From Candidatus Nanohaloarchaea archaeon (GTDB taxonomy: Archaea > Nanohalarchaeota > Nanosalinia > Nanosalinales > Nanosalinaceae), in NCBI GenBank assembly GCA_013343275.1, contig CP046106.1, positions 640,001 through 704,000 of the forward strand: DNA of 64,000 nucleotides, read 5' to 3'. Positions 19,909-28,874 of this stretch are shown here, in pieces (within the stretch, counting starts at the first letter, position 1; each line of letters opens with the position of its first letter). The notes beneath the pieces are model-generated. The model searched no databases. It worked only from the letters and a program-made list of their open reading frames with translations, and was not told the DNA's origin. A program made the position numbers and the translations under genes.

Positions 19909-20679
19909 ATGAAGCTAGATATTACAGACACAGTTCTGTCCAGCTTCGAACGAATTTACTCCAAAGCCACGCTAGGCGTTATAGGTGCAGGCCTCGCACT
20001 GCTCGTATTTCTTGCAGCAGGATTTATGCTAGGCGGTGCACTATCGACTGTCAGCGGAGTTCTTGGAGGACTTGTAATGCTATTAACATTTGTCGCATAC
20101 ATTGCAGGAGCAGGAATGCTCACCGTAGGCGCGTTAAGGGCCTTCGATGAAGAAACAATCCGCAAGGAAATGTTCACAGAAAACATTCTGTGGCCTTTCC
20201 TCAGAATTCTAGGAGCGAACATCACGACGCAGGCATTCATCATTGCAATCCTGTACGTCGTCCTTTACCCACTACTGCTTGTAGGCATGATGGGATCAGT
20301 GGCGTCTATGAGTACCGCAATGACCGGAGCCGCAGCAACATCCATGATGGCAGGCCTTGCGCCTCTGATGGGTGTCGGAGCACTAATCGCTCTACTGCTT
20401 TCGCTCTACGTATTCGCAAGTCTGGTGCTTGCACTGCCAAGAATCGCAGTTAACGACAGCAGGCTTTTCCAGGGACTGGACGAAAGCGTGCAGTTCACCA
20501 GCGGAAACAGACTCAGAGTAATGGTCTCATTCATCCCATTTGTCCTGCTCATGGCTGTAGCATTCGGAGGCATGTTCCAGGAAGGAGTGATCGGAATGAT
20601 CATCTACCTCCTGGGAGCCCTTATCGGAGCCTTCTACAACCTGGCACTGATGACAGAACTGAACGAAAGACTTGAGTAA
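19909..20679 (+). CDS. Polytopic membrane protein
   Basis: About six hydrophobic segments. Confidence 0.75.
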   Translation: MKLDITDTVLSSFERIYSKATLGVIGAGLALLVFLAAGFMLGGALSTVSGVLGGLVMLLTFVAYIAGAGMLTVGALRAFDEETIRKEMFTENILWPFLRILGANITTQAFIIAILYVVLYPLLLVGMMGSVASMSTAMTGAAATSMMAGLAPLMGVGALIALLLSLYVFASLVLALPRIAVNDSRLFQGLDESVQFTSGNRLRVMVSFIPFVLLMAVAFGGMFQEGVIGMIIYLLGALIGAFYNLALMTELNERLE

Positions 20680-20681
20680 AG

Positions 20682-20715
20682 ACCTTTCTTCCTTTCTTCT
20701 TTCTTTTTTTCTTCT
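20682..20715 (+). terminator. Pyrimidine-tract terminator
   Basis: CTTTCTTCCTTTCTTCTTTCTTTTTTTCTT. Confidence 0.55.
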
Positions 20716-20753
20716 CACAGCAGATAAAAAAATTCTCGAACAAACCCTGCTGT

Positions 20754-23546
20754 ATGAAAGGCCTCGACGAACTCAAAGAAGAAATCAAACAGGAAGCATC
20801 CGACAATCCCGAGAAATTCTTCGCAACAGACGTACTGAGAGAAAAAGGATTCACTCGAGGCCAATGCTCTAACTGTGGAATGTATTTCTGGGCCAAAGAT
20901 GAAGATAGAGAGATCTGCGGCGAACCGGAATGTGGCGACGGATACACATTCATCAACGACTCCCCAACATCAGAGACGCTGACACATACCGAATCCTGGG
21001 AGCTATTCGAGGAGTTCATGGTCGATCGCGGATACAGGTCAATCGACAGATACCCGGTAGTGGCCCGCTGGAGAGACGACGTAGAATTCACAGGCGCGAG
21101 CATTTACTGCTTCCAGCCCTACGTCGTAAGCGGAGAAGCAGAACCACCAGCAGATGAATTAATCATACCTCAGCCAAGTCTGAGATTCAACGACGTCGAC
21201 AACGTCGGAATAACCGGAAGACACTACACCAACTTCACGATGATCGGTCAGACGTGCTTCAAGGAAGGCGACGAATACGATCAGGACCGTTACTTCCGTG
21301 ACATGTTCGAATTTACGGTAGAAGGCCTTGGAATACCTGAAGAAAAACTTATACTGCACGAAGACAGCTGGGGCGGAGGAGGAAACCTGGGAGCATGCAT
21401 GGAGTTCTTCGTCGACGGCCTCGAGCTGTTTAACCAGGTCTACATGTTCTACGAGCAAACTCCAGACGGCTACGAAGAGCTAGACCTCAAAGTACTGGAC
21501 ATGGGAATGGGCCACGAAAGAATCACCTGGATCAGCAACGGCACAGAAACAAGCTACGAATCAGTCATGCCGGAAACACTGAAGAAGATGAAAGAGAAAA
21601 CAGGCCTGAAAATAGATCAGGAAGTATGGGGGAAATTCCTGCCGCACAGCTCCGAACTCAACATCGATGAGGTAGAGGATATCGACGAAAAATGGAGTGA
21701 GATAGCAGATAAAATAGATGAAGACGTTGACGAACTTAAGGCCGAGATTAAGCCAGCAGCAGGCCTCTACTCGGTAGCAGAACACACCAGAGCACTTATT
21801 TTCGCGCTGGCTGATGGAAAGATTCCTTCAAACACTGGAGGAGGCTACAACCTGAGAATGATCTACAGAAGGGCTCAGGACTTCATCGAGAAGTACGACT
21901 GGGATCTCGACATGGTTGAAGTCGCCAGATGGAACGCAGAAGAACTTGAGGATATGTTCCCAGAGCTCCTGGCCTCAATGAACGAGATAGAGGAAATTCT
22001 CAGAGTGGAGAAAGAAAAATACGAGAAGGCACGGGAAAAAGCCCGCGAACAGCTGGAAAAAGTCGAAGGTCAGCCATCTCTAGACGAAATGATCGAACTT
22101 TACGAAAGCCACGGAGTCTCTCCAGAGATGATGGAGGAGTACGGCCTCGACGTGCCGGAAGACTTCTACACACTGGTAAGCGAGGAAGATGAGACAGTGA
22201 CGGCTGTTGAAGAAAAATTCGATGTTGAAGGCCTTCCAGATACAGAGAAACTTTACTACGAACGACGTGAACCTTATCGGCAGAACGGAGAAACCCGGCA
22301 TTTCAATTTCAAGGCCGAAGTTGTCGATATAGTTGACGAGGAATGGGTTGTCCTTGACAGAACCATGTTCTATCCTCAGGGCGGAGGCCAGCGGTACGAT
22401 GTCGGAAAGATTAACGGCCATCAGGTAGAGGAAGTTCAGAAACAGGGCAACGTGGTACTCCATCGAACGCCAGAGCACGAACTTGAAGAAGGGAAGCGTG
22501 TGAAAGGTGTCGTCAATGGTGAGAAAAGGAAACAGTTGACCCAGCACCACTCCACAACCCACATGGTTAACGCTGCAGCACGTGAAGAGCTCGGCGAACA
22601 TATCTACCAGGCCGGCGCCAACAAGACACTGGAAAAAGCCAGGCTTGATATCACACATTACGAGAAACTTTCACGAGAAGACCTGGACGAAATCGAGGCC
22701 CGCGTCAGAAAGATAATCAACGAAGACCACGATATCAACGTAATTGAGATGCCGAAAAGCGAGGCCGAACAGCAGTACGGCTTCAGAATCTACCAGGGAG
22801 GCGCACCACCAGGCAACACGATCAGGCTCATAGAAATCGAGGACGTCGATATCGAGGCCTGTGGGGGAACACACCTGACAGCGACTTCTCATGCTGAAAA
22901 GTTCTTCATCAAGGGCTCGAAGAGGATTCAGGACGGCGTCATCCGACTGGAATATGTGGCTGGAGAGGCCGCAGAAGAATACATCAACGCGATTGAGGAG
23001 AGAGTAGAGAAAGTAGAGGAACTTCTCGATACGGAGTCGAAGTCGAGGCCTAGAACAGTACAGAGAGAACTCTGTAACATCCTTTCAGTTCAGCCAGAAC
23101 ATCTTGAAGACACTGTACAGAGATTTATTGATGAGATAGAAGATTACAGGCAGAAAATTGAGAAGCTATCCAAATTCCTCGACACTGAGGCAGAGAAAGC
23201 AGAGATAGAGGAGAAAAATACTGTTGAGAAGGCCCGAAAACTCTACGAACTGAGGAAAGACTTGGAGAAGAAAGTTGAGAACCTTGAAGACCAGATAGAG
23301 AACGTTATAGAGGAAGAACTTGAAGATCAACAGGAAATAGAGCTCGAGGTACCAACTGAGAATGTAGGCCTTCTTATTCAGGTTGCTCAGAAACTCTCGC
23401 GGAAGCATCAGGCCTGCGTCACTTTGATCGGTGAGAAAGGTGCTGTTTCTGCGTCTCAGACAGATGAAAGTGCGGAAGAAAAATTAGAGAAGTACTCGGA
23501 GAACGTGCAGGGGGACTCCGAGTTTGCGAAGGCCTTCGATCTCTAG
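20754..23546 (+). CDS. alaS: Alanine--tRNA ligase, archaeal type
   Basis: VARWRDD, LRFNDVDNVG, HSTTH and CGGTH editing motifs. Confidence 0.97.
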   Translation: MKGLDELKEEIKQEASDNPEKFFATDVLREKGFTRGQCSNCGMYFWAKDEDREICGEPECGDGYTFINDSPTSETLTHTESWELFEEFMVDRGYRSIDRYPVVARWRDDVEFTGASIYCFQPYVVSGEAEPPADELIIPQPSLRFNDVDNVGITGRHYTNFTMIGQTCFKEGDEYDQDRYFRDMFEFTVEGLGIPEEKLILHEDSWGGGGNLGACMEFFVDGLELFNQVYMFYEQTPDGYEELDLKVLDMGMGHERITWISNGTETSYESVMPETLKKMKEKTGLKIDQEVWGKFLPHSSELNIDEVEDIDEKWSEIADKIDEDVDELKAEIKPAAGLYSVAEHTRALIFALADGKIPSNTGGGYNLRMIYRRAQDFIEKYDWDLDMVEVARWNAEELEDMFPELLASMNEIEEILRVEKEKYEKAREKAREQLEKVEGQPSLDEMIELYESHGVSPEMMEEYGLDVPEDFYTLVSEEDETVTAVEEKFDVEGLPDTEKLYYERREPYRQNGETRHFNFKAEVVDIVDEEWVVLDRTMFYPQGGGQRYDVGKINGHQVEEVQKQGNVVLHRTPEHELEEGKRVKGVVNGEKRKQLTQHHSTTHMVNAAAREELGEHIYQAGANKTLEKARLDITHYEKLSREDLDEIEARVRKIINEDHDINVIEMPKSEAEQQYGFRIYQGGAPPGNTIRLIEIEDVDIEACGGTHLTATSHAEKFFIKGSKRIQDGVIRLEYVAGEAAEEYINAIEERVEKVEELLDTESKSRPRTVQRELCNILSVQPEHLEDTVQRFIDEIEDYRQKIEKLSKFLDTEAEKAEIEEKNTVEKARKLYELRKDLEKKVENLEDQIENVIEEELEDQQEIELEVPTENVGLLIQVAQKLSRKHQACVTLIGEKGAVSASQTDESAEEKLEKYSENVQGDSEFAKAFDL

Positions 23547-24070
23547 CCGAAGCAGTAGACGACTGCTGAATCCGGTAGCTGTCTGATGTAGCTGCAGGTG
23601 GAGGATGCAACGTTCTGTTCGGTTATGTTGTAGATTACGCTCTGCTGAGGTACAGCTCTCCTGTTCCGGACTACTGCCCCTACTACATGTACGGCCGGGG
23701 TTTTCTCAAGCTGTGTCTGGGCAGGTATATTACTTGTGTTGACGTAGTTCAGGTACATCTTGTCTCCAAAGTTGTTCTGAACTGTTTTTACTGCTTCAAG
23801 CTGCTGGCGGCCTTCCGAAGTGTTGTAGTATCCTGTAACAAAGACCACGTCGTTCACCGCAGCAAGATAGCTTTTCTCACGCGTAGTGAGACCTAAAGAT
23901 CCCCGGGAGAAGGTCTGGTTAGGTAGTTCAGGTGCCTGCTGCTGTTGATTATTGTTTGTTCCTCCGCCTCCACCGGTAAGGCCGGAGTATGATGCGATTC
24001 CTCCGAAAGCGAATCCGCCGCCGATAAGTATTGCTATAATTGCTGTACCGTATTTCTCTACGAATCCCAT
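23543..24070 (-). CDS. Membrane-anchored hypothetical protein (possibly thioredoxin-like fold without CxxC)
   Basis: Likely start MGFVEKY at 24070; N-terminal TM, G/N/Q linker, terminal Cys pair. Confidence 0.65.
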   Translation of the reverse strand: MGFVEKYGTAIIAILIGGGFAFGGIASYSGLTGGGGGTNNNQQQQAPELPNQTFSRGSLGLTTREKSYLAAVNDVVFVTGYYNTSEGRQQLEAVKTVQNNFGDKMYLNYVNTSNIPAQTQLEKTPAVHVVGAVVRNRRAVPQQSVIYNITEQNVASSTCSYIRQLPDSAVVYCFG

Positions 24071-24123
24071 GTCTAGGTATTGTTCGGAAACAAATAAAGG
24101 ACTTGCCGGTCCACAATCCATAC

Positions 24124-24519
24124 ATGATAGTAGGATTCAACGTCACGGAGCTCGAAGCTTCACAGGAGGAAAACGTACAGGGAGATCTTCAGATCAATTA
24201 CACCCCGGAAATAGAAGATGTGGAGACGGCAGATGTCAACGCATTCGAAGAACCGGTAGCTAAAATCTACTACAGCTTCACAGTAGACTACGATGCAAAC
24301 GGCCAGACAGGCGCACAGATCAAGCTCTCAGGAAACGTACTCTGGAAAGGAAACACAGAAGAAATAGTAAAGGCCTGGGAAGACGACAACAGGCTGCCGG
24401 AAAGCATCAACGCACCTCTGATGAACGACATGTACAGAAAACTGATCTCAGAGGCCGTAGGAGTAGCAGACACGCTGAACCTTCTGCCACCGGTACCTAC
24501 ACCACAGGTAGAACAGTAA
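24124..24519 (+). CDS. Conserved archaeal protein, possibly SecB-like fold
   Basis: Start MIVGFNV at 24124; beta-rich N-half, helix, and a C-terminal LNLLPPVPTP. Confidence 0.6.
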   Translation: MIVGFNVTELEASQEENVQGDLQINYTPEIEDVETADVNAFEEPVAKIYYSFTVDYDANGQTGAQIKLSGNVLWKGNTEEIVKAWEDDNRLPESINAPLMNDMYRKLISEAVGVADTLNLLPPVPTPQVEQ

Positions 24520-24520
24520 A

Positions 24521-24730
24521 CTATCTCTTCACACCAATTAAACGGTGCTTGCGCCCCATAAAGGCCTTTGTATACGTCTCGATCTTTCCTTTTTTCTCCA
24601 GCGAGTTCAGACACCGATGTACATCATTTTCAGGCCATCCCAGTTCCTGCGAGAGAACCGTGGCCGAAGGTTTACGGCCGTTGTCGATCATACTCTGGGC
24701 CTGTTCAAGTACTTTTTCTCCACGCCTCAT
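24521..24730 (-). CDS. Small winged-helix DNA-binding protein
   Basis: SATVLSQELGW...VHRCLNSLEKKGKI. Confidence 0.7.
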   Translation of the reverse strand: MRRGEKVLEQAQSMIDNGRKPSATVLSQELGWPENDVHRCLNSLEKKGKIETYTKAFMGRKHRLIGVKR

Positions 24731-24767
24731 ACACAGCTTTAAACTCTGGAGGCGTTAAAATGTTACT

Positions 24768-24962
24768 ATGACGGATTACGAGGACGCCTTGAATGAACTG
24801 GAGACTGAGGTCGAGCAGGTCGAGGACGAGTTCTCCGAGATAGAGAGCAATAGCGATGAGAAAAGCGACAAGGAAGTTCAGGCCGAAAACCTGCTGAACG
24901 AGATACACGAACAGATAGAGTTCCTTGAAGAACAGATGGAGAGAATTGAGGAAAAAGATTAA
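24768..24962 (+). CDS. Small acidic coiled-coil protein
   Basis: 64 aa with heptad pattern; upstream TTTAAA box. Confidence 0.6.
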   Translation: MTDYEDALNELETEVEQVEDEFSEIESNSDEKSDKEVQAENLLNEIHEQIEFLEEQMERIEEKD

Positions 24963-25004
24963 ATATTTTTATCGACATCAACAAAAATGAGGTGCTTGAA
25001 ACAA

Positions 25005-25433
25005 ATGAGAAGACTTGACCGTGAGGACGATATCGACGATGTATTCAGCCAGATGCAAAAATTCGTAGAACAGTTCCAGGACTTCGGAAAGGACATGACC
25101 TCTAGCTTCACAGGCGCAGTACCTGTAGACGTGACAGAGGAAGACGGACACATCACAGTGAAAGCTGATCTACCAGGAGTAGAAAAAGAAGAGATCAATG
25201 TAAAGGCCGACGAGGAAAAGATCGAGATCATGGCCGAAAGCTCACAGGAAGTAAAAGAGGAGAACGAGAAATACTACCGAAAAGAGAGATCCTCCAGAAC
25301 ATTCCAGAGAACCGTCGCCTGGCCTAAACCTGTCGACCCGGAAACAGTCGGGGCAGAGTACGAGGACGGAGTCCTCAAAGTCACTGCAGAAGTCAGCGAA
25401 GAGGAATCAGGCCGCGATATCGAGGTAGAGTAA
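25005..25433 (+). CDS. Small heat shock protein (Hsp20)
   Basis: ADLPGV, F.R, AEYEDGVLKV; GAGGTG Shine-Dalgarno upstream favours ATG 25005. Confidence 0.92.
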   Translation: MRRLDREDDIDDVFSQMQKFVEQFQDFGKDMTSSFTGAVPVDVTEEDGHITVKADLPGVEKEEINVKADEEKIEIMAESSQEVKEENEKYYRKERSSRTFQRTVAWPKPVDPETVGAEYEDGVLKVTAEVSEEESGRDIEVE

Positions 25434-25539
25434 ACTTTTTCCTCTACCGACAACTTTTTCAATTTCTCCTCCCTGTTTTTCATTAGATGGTAGGGCCGGA
25501 CAGTGTAAGGACGCCAGAAAACCAGTTTACTGAAACAGG

Positions 25540-26622
25540 GTGTTCTATCTGAGCGCCAGTTCAGGCCCCGAATACCTCCCTGACGACTTCGATATCCCCG
25601 ATAACTACAACATTCTGCAGATTTCTGAAATACACGCATTCGAGGAGTTCAACGAGGCGGAAAGCGAGAACTACAGCCAGGAAGTAGCCCGCCAGGTCAA
25701 CAGCTACACCGAAAAATATGACGTCGACGAAATCCATGTAATGGGCGACACAGGAACCTTCGACGACGTATACAACTTCCTGGATACCCTGAACCCGGGG
25801 CCCGAAGTTGTAATCGTGGCTGGAGATGAAGACAAGAAAGACGCAAATCCAGGCCCAGGAGAAAAGTCAGACGAATTCACAGGATTCTACACCCAGATCA
25901 ACAGCCTACAGCCCTTCGATGTCGATGTAGACTACCAGATATTCGACGAAGGATTCGAAAAAGAAGTAGCGGGCAACAAAGTGCAGGCAGCACACCATCC
26001 GAGAAAATCCAAGAGAGAAAACTCTCTCAACCGGCCCGACCCAAGGCCTGACAGCTTCCTGGATGATCTTTTCTCCGTTGAGAAACACACAAACGAGAAA
26101 ACAGCAGAATGCATGATATACGAAGCTGAAAACAACAAAAAACATTTCCCGAAAAGCGGGCCTGATGAAGGAAACCCAGAATTGCGGGAAAACGACATGG
26201 TTAAAAGCCCTCCAAGCCTCAAAGGCCTTGACGTAGTTGTATACGACCACCTGCACATGCCATACGCAAGAACCGCTGGCAACACAGTTGTCATGGGTCT
26301 AGGCGGTCGTAAAAACAACCACGATCCTGGAACAGAGGCCTTACCTAGTGAAAGCATGCATCTTGCAAGCTTCGGGGATGAAAGAATTCATTCAATGCAT
26401 TTCGACGCAGGAAAGGACCGCATATTCGAGCACCAGGTTTTCGAGCAGTCAGAGACTGATGTCCAGATGTACGACGTGGAGATCCCTGAAGAGTTAAACT
26501 CTGAAGGCGGTTACAGGCCTGTACAGAAAAGATTTCGACGGGAAAAGATTCCTGAAGAGGCCTGGGAGTTTGAGGAAGACCTACCAGAGAAATGGACTGA
26601 AGAAGTCAGGCCTGCTGCCTGA
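25540..26622 (+). CDS. Divergent calcineurin-like metallophosphoesterase
   Basis: Ordered motifs SEIH, MGD, AGDED, AHH, DHLH; start codon uncertain. Confidence 0.65.
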   Translation: MFYLSASSGPEYLPDDFDIPDNYNILQISEIHAFEEFNEAESENYSQEVARQVNSYTEKYDVDEIHVMGDTGTFDDVYNFLDTLNPGPEVVIVAGDEDKKDANPGPGEKSDEFTGFYTQINSLQPFDVDVDYQIFDEGFEKEVAGNKVQAAHHPRKSKRENSLNRPDPRPDSFLDDLFSVEKHTNEKTAECMIYEAENNKKHFPKSGPDEGNPELRENDMVKSPPSLKGLDVVVYDHLHMPYARTAGNTVVMGLGGRKNNHDPGTEALPSESMHLASFGDERIHSMHFDAGKDRIFEHQVFEQSETDVQMYDVEIPEELNSEGGYRPVQKRFRREKIPEEAWEFEEDLPEKWTEEVRPAA

Positions 26623-26662
26623 AAAAGTACAAAAATAGCGGCCTAACAGTTTTTTACATAGA

Positions 26663-27178
26663 ATGAGCAACTACTTCACCCAGTCTCCAGAACAACTGAA
26701 AGAATTTCTTGAATTTATAGAAGACGACATCGACAACGTGAGAAGGGTAATAGATACAGTTGAAGAAAAAGGCCTTGACGCAGATTTCATGGTTCATGCC
26801 AAGAGCGAGACTGTAGAGGAGTCAGCAGAAAACACAGATATTGACGAGAAAGAGATTGTCAAGACCCTGGTATTCATGGCCGATGAACCTGTGGCTGTGC
26901 TCTGCCCGGGCCATACATCAGTATCTGAAACAAAATTAGAGAGTATTCTAGAAGCAGAGATCAGGATGGCTTCGCCGGAAGAAGTTACAGAGGCCACAGG
27001 ATACTATGTCGGCGGAGTATCTCCTTTCGATCTTGATATACCTGTTTTGATGGAGGAATCGATTCTTGAACAGGAGAAAGTTAAGCCAGCGGCAGGATCG
27101 CGTGTAGTAGGAGTAACAATCAATACCGAAGATCTGAAAGAAGTTACCGGTGCAGAAGTAGTTGATGTATCGCGGTAA
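26663..27178 (+). CDS. YbaK/EbsC aminoacyl-tRNA deacylase
   Basis: IVKTLV, TGYYVGGVSPF, AAGSR. Confidence 0.9.
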   Translation: MSNYFTQSPEQLKEFLEFIEDDIDNVRRVIDTVEEKGLDADFMVHAKSETVEESAENTDIDEKEIVKTLVFMADEPVAVLCPGHTSVSETKLESILEAEIRMASPEEVTEATGYYVGGVSPFDLDIPVLMEESILEQEKVKPAAGSRVVGVTINTEDLKEVTGAEVVDVSR

Positions 27179-28120
27179 TCAGAAAACCTTCTCTCCTTCC
27201 ATTTCAGGCCTTTCGCCTTCAATCAGCTCCGATATATCATCACGGAAGAAAAACTCGTTGAGAACTTCCAGATCATCTGAATTCTCGGCCTTCCTGATCC
27301 CTTCATCTGATCCAAGAATATATCCCGGATCCTGGCTGTACTGAGGTGGTAGCGCGTACTCAGGATTTGACGAAAGCCGTTCTACATCAAGAACTTCGGA
27401 ACCGAAAACAAACTCCGGTTCATATACACTCCAGTCATTTCCAAGCTCATCTACAACGCTCTGCCAGGCCTTTCTCCAGCTAGATGTCTTCTTAACGAGC
27501 GAGCCTCCGCCACGATTATCAGCAGTATCCTGGGCATTAGACTGATCGAAACCTCTTCTTTCAGGCTCAGCGTCCAGAAGCTGGTGTTCTTCCATCTCTT
27601 CCTCTTCAATGAAGAAACGGGCTTCGGCCGGATACTCCTCCTCTATTTCGCTCCATTCTGCAGGATCAGGATCCGAGAACTCTCCACGGTTTTTTACATC
27701 TGTATAGCCTTCATGAGGTTTAACCTCTACCATGTGGGCCTCGTAACGATCCAGATCCAGGAAAAGAAGGTCGGCATCTCCCATCAAAGTTTCATGCTCG
27801 GAAGCTGACATATCTCCCGGGTTCTCATGGAAATCTCTCTCGGTAAGCACCAGATCCCATTTATTGCTGCCGCGATCGATATTTTCAGCGTAACGATCTA
27901 ATCGGCCGTCAACCAGCAGGTCGTGGCGATCCTGAGATTCCCGTGGATCAGAACGCAAAATACCTTCGACATAGGTACCTTCCTCTATCCTGACACCAGG
28001 CTGAGAAACTACTTCCGGAGTCCATGGACGGCCCTGACTAGCATTTTCAAGAACAACGGCGTGCGCATCCTCTGTAATATCATATCTATCTAATGCCTGC
28101 GCCGCATCAAGATCTCCCAT
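27179..28120 (-). CDS. Hypothetical protein with PD-(D/E)xK-like motif
   Basis: 313 aa, acidic; E...GDADLLFLD....HMVEVKP. Confidence 0.6.
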   Translation of the reverse strand: MGDLDAAQALDRYDITEDAHAVVLENASQGRPWTPEVVSQPGVRIEEGTYVEGILRSDPRESQDRHDLLVDGRLDRYAENIDRGSNKWDLVLTERDFHENPGDMSASEHETLMGDADLLFLDLDRYEAHMVEVKPHEGYTDVKNRGEFSDPDPAEWSEIEEEYPAEARFFIEEEEMEEHQLLDAEPERRGFDQSNAQDTADNRGGGSLVKKTSSWRKAWQSVVDELGNDWSVYEPEFVFGSEVLDVERLSSNPEYALPPQYSQDPGYILGSDEGIRKAENSDDLEVLNEFFFRDDISELIEGERPEMEGEKVF

Positions 28121-28158
28121 CTAAAGAAAAATCACACAGTACAAGATTAAAAATATTT

Positions 28159-28647
28159 CTACAGCTCCGACAGCACATCAGAACCTACCATATCTACAAA
28201 GTCCTCATAGGCCTCATCTCGGGCAAAATCCTGATGCTCAGGCCAGTAAACCGTGCCTGCAAGAAGAGAGTTTTCAGGCCTCTCCAACTCCCTGGTATTA
28301 TCGTAGGGAATCGTGGCCAACTCATAACCCCAGTCATTATCCAGTTCCTGAATTATACCGGAAACTTTACGGCCTTCAGAGAACTCTGCACCCGGATCAA
28401 AATCCGTGGAGGCCGGCGAAAAATCAACGTCGTAAATGCGGAGGTAACAGTTCTCCAGGTCAAAATTAGCCATATCTACCTTAACTCCGGGCCTCTTCCC
28501 GAGATCGAAACCCTCTACATCTTCGGTTTCAGCGTTATACTCTCCTCTAACCAGAATATCGAAAGGCCTGTCGCTACCAACTTCGCTCATCCTTTCACGG
28601 GTAATTCTATCCCAGAACAGCTCTTTATGAGAGATATCGTTCGACAC
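28159..28647 (-). CDS. Hypothetical acidic protein
   Basis: 162-aa ORF; GTG start; composition typical of this genome. Confidence 0.65.
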   Translation of the reverse strand: MSNDISHKELFWDRITRERMSEVGSDRPFDILVRGEYNAETEDVEGFDLGKRPGVKVDMANFDLENCYLRIYDVDFSPASTDFDPGAEFSEGRKVSGIIQELDNDWGYELATIPYDNTRELERPENSLLAGTVYWPEHQDFARDEAYEDFVDMVGSDVLSEL

Positions 28648-28767
28648 AGAAAGTTAAATGACTGGCAAAATATTTACAGTAACGCCCTACTGTTGAGATT
28701 GACTGCAGCATTCAAAACCTCCGACAGTAAGAATTTAACAGTTAAGCACGAAGACTTCTCTGTTCCA

Positions 28768-28803
28768 ATGAAAGGTGGACGCTTTTATCCACGAGAAGTT
28801 TGA
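28768..28803 (+). promoter_or_regulatory. Putative leader peptide of tyrS (MKGGRFYPREV)
   Basis: ATG..TGA in frame; TATA-like TTTAAC/GTTAAG upstream; 16-nt identity with the serS leader. Confidence 0.6.
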
Positions 28804-28874
28804 AAACGCCGTAAAACCTTCCAGCCACAGCTCTTTAAGCGTTCTCTCACAAATTCTTCGTAGGTAGATACTAA

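Noticed and set aside
20754-20769. alaS begins ATGAAAGG like the leader motif
   Set aside because: It is the coding start, diverges after 8 nt and has no Ala at codon 7; probably chance.
28766-28790. Canonical T-box riboswitch (AAGGTGGA resembles the T-box GGTGG)
   Set aside because: No upstream stem I or specifier loop, no ACC after TGGN, the cognate codon is downstream, and TGGA does not vary with the discriminator base. Kept only as an analogy.
28093-28803. 236-aa plus-strand ORF, and many other antisense S/L/F-rich ORFs in the track
   Set aside because: Shadows of acidic genes on the opposite strand; only the last 11 codons of this one are treated as meaningful.
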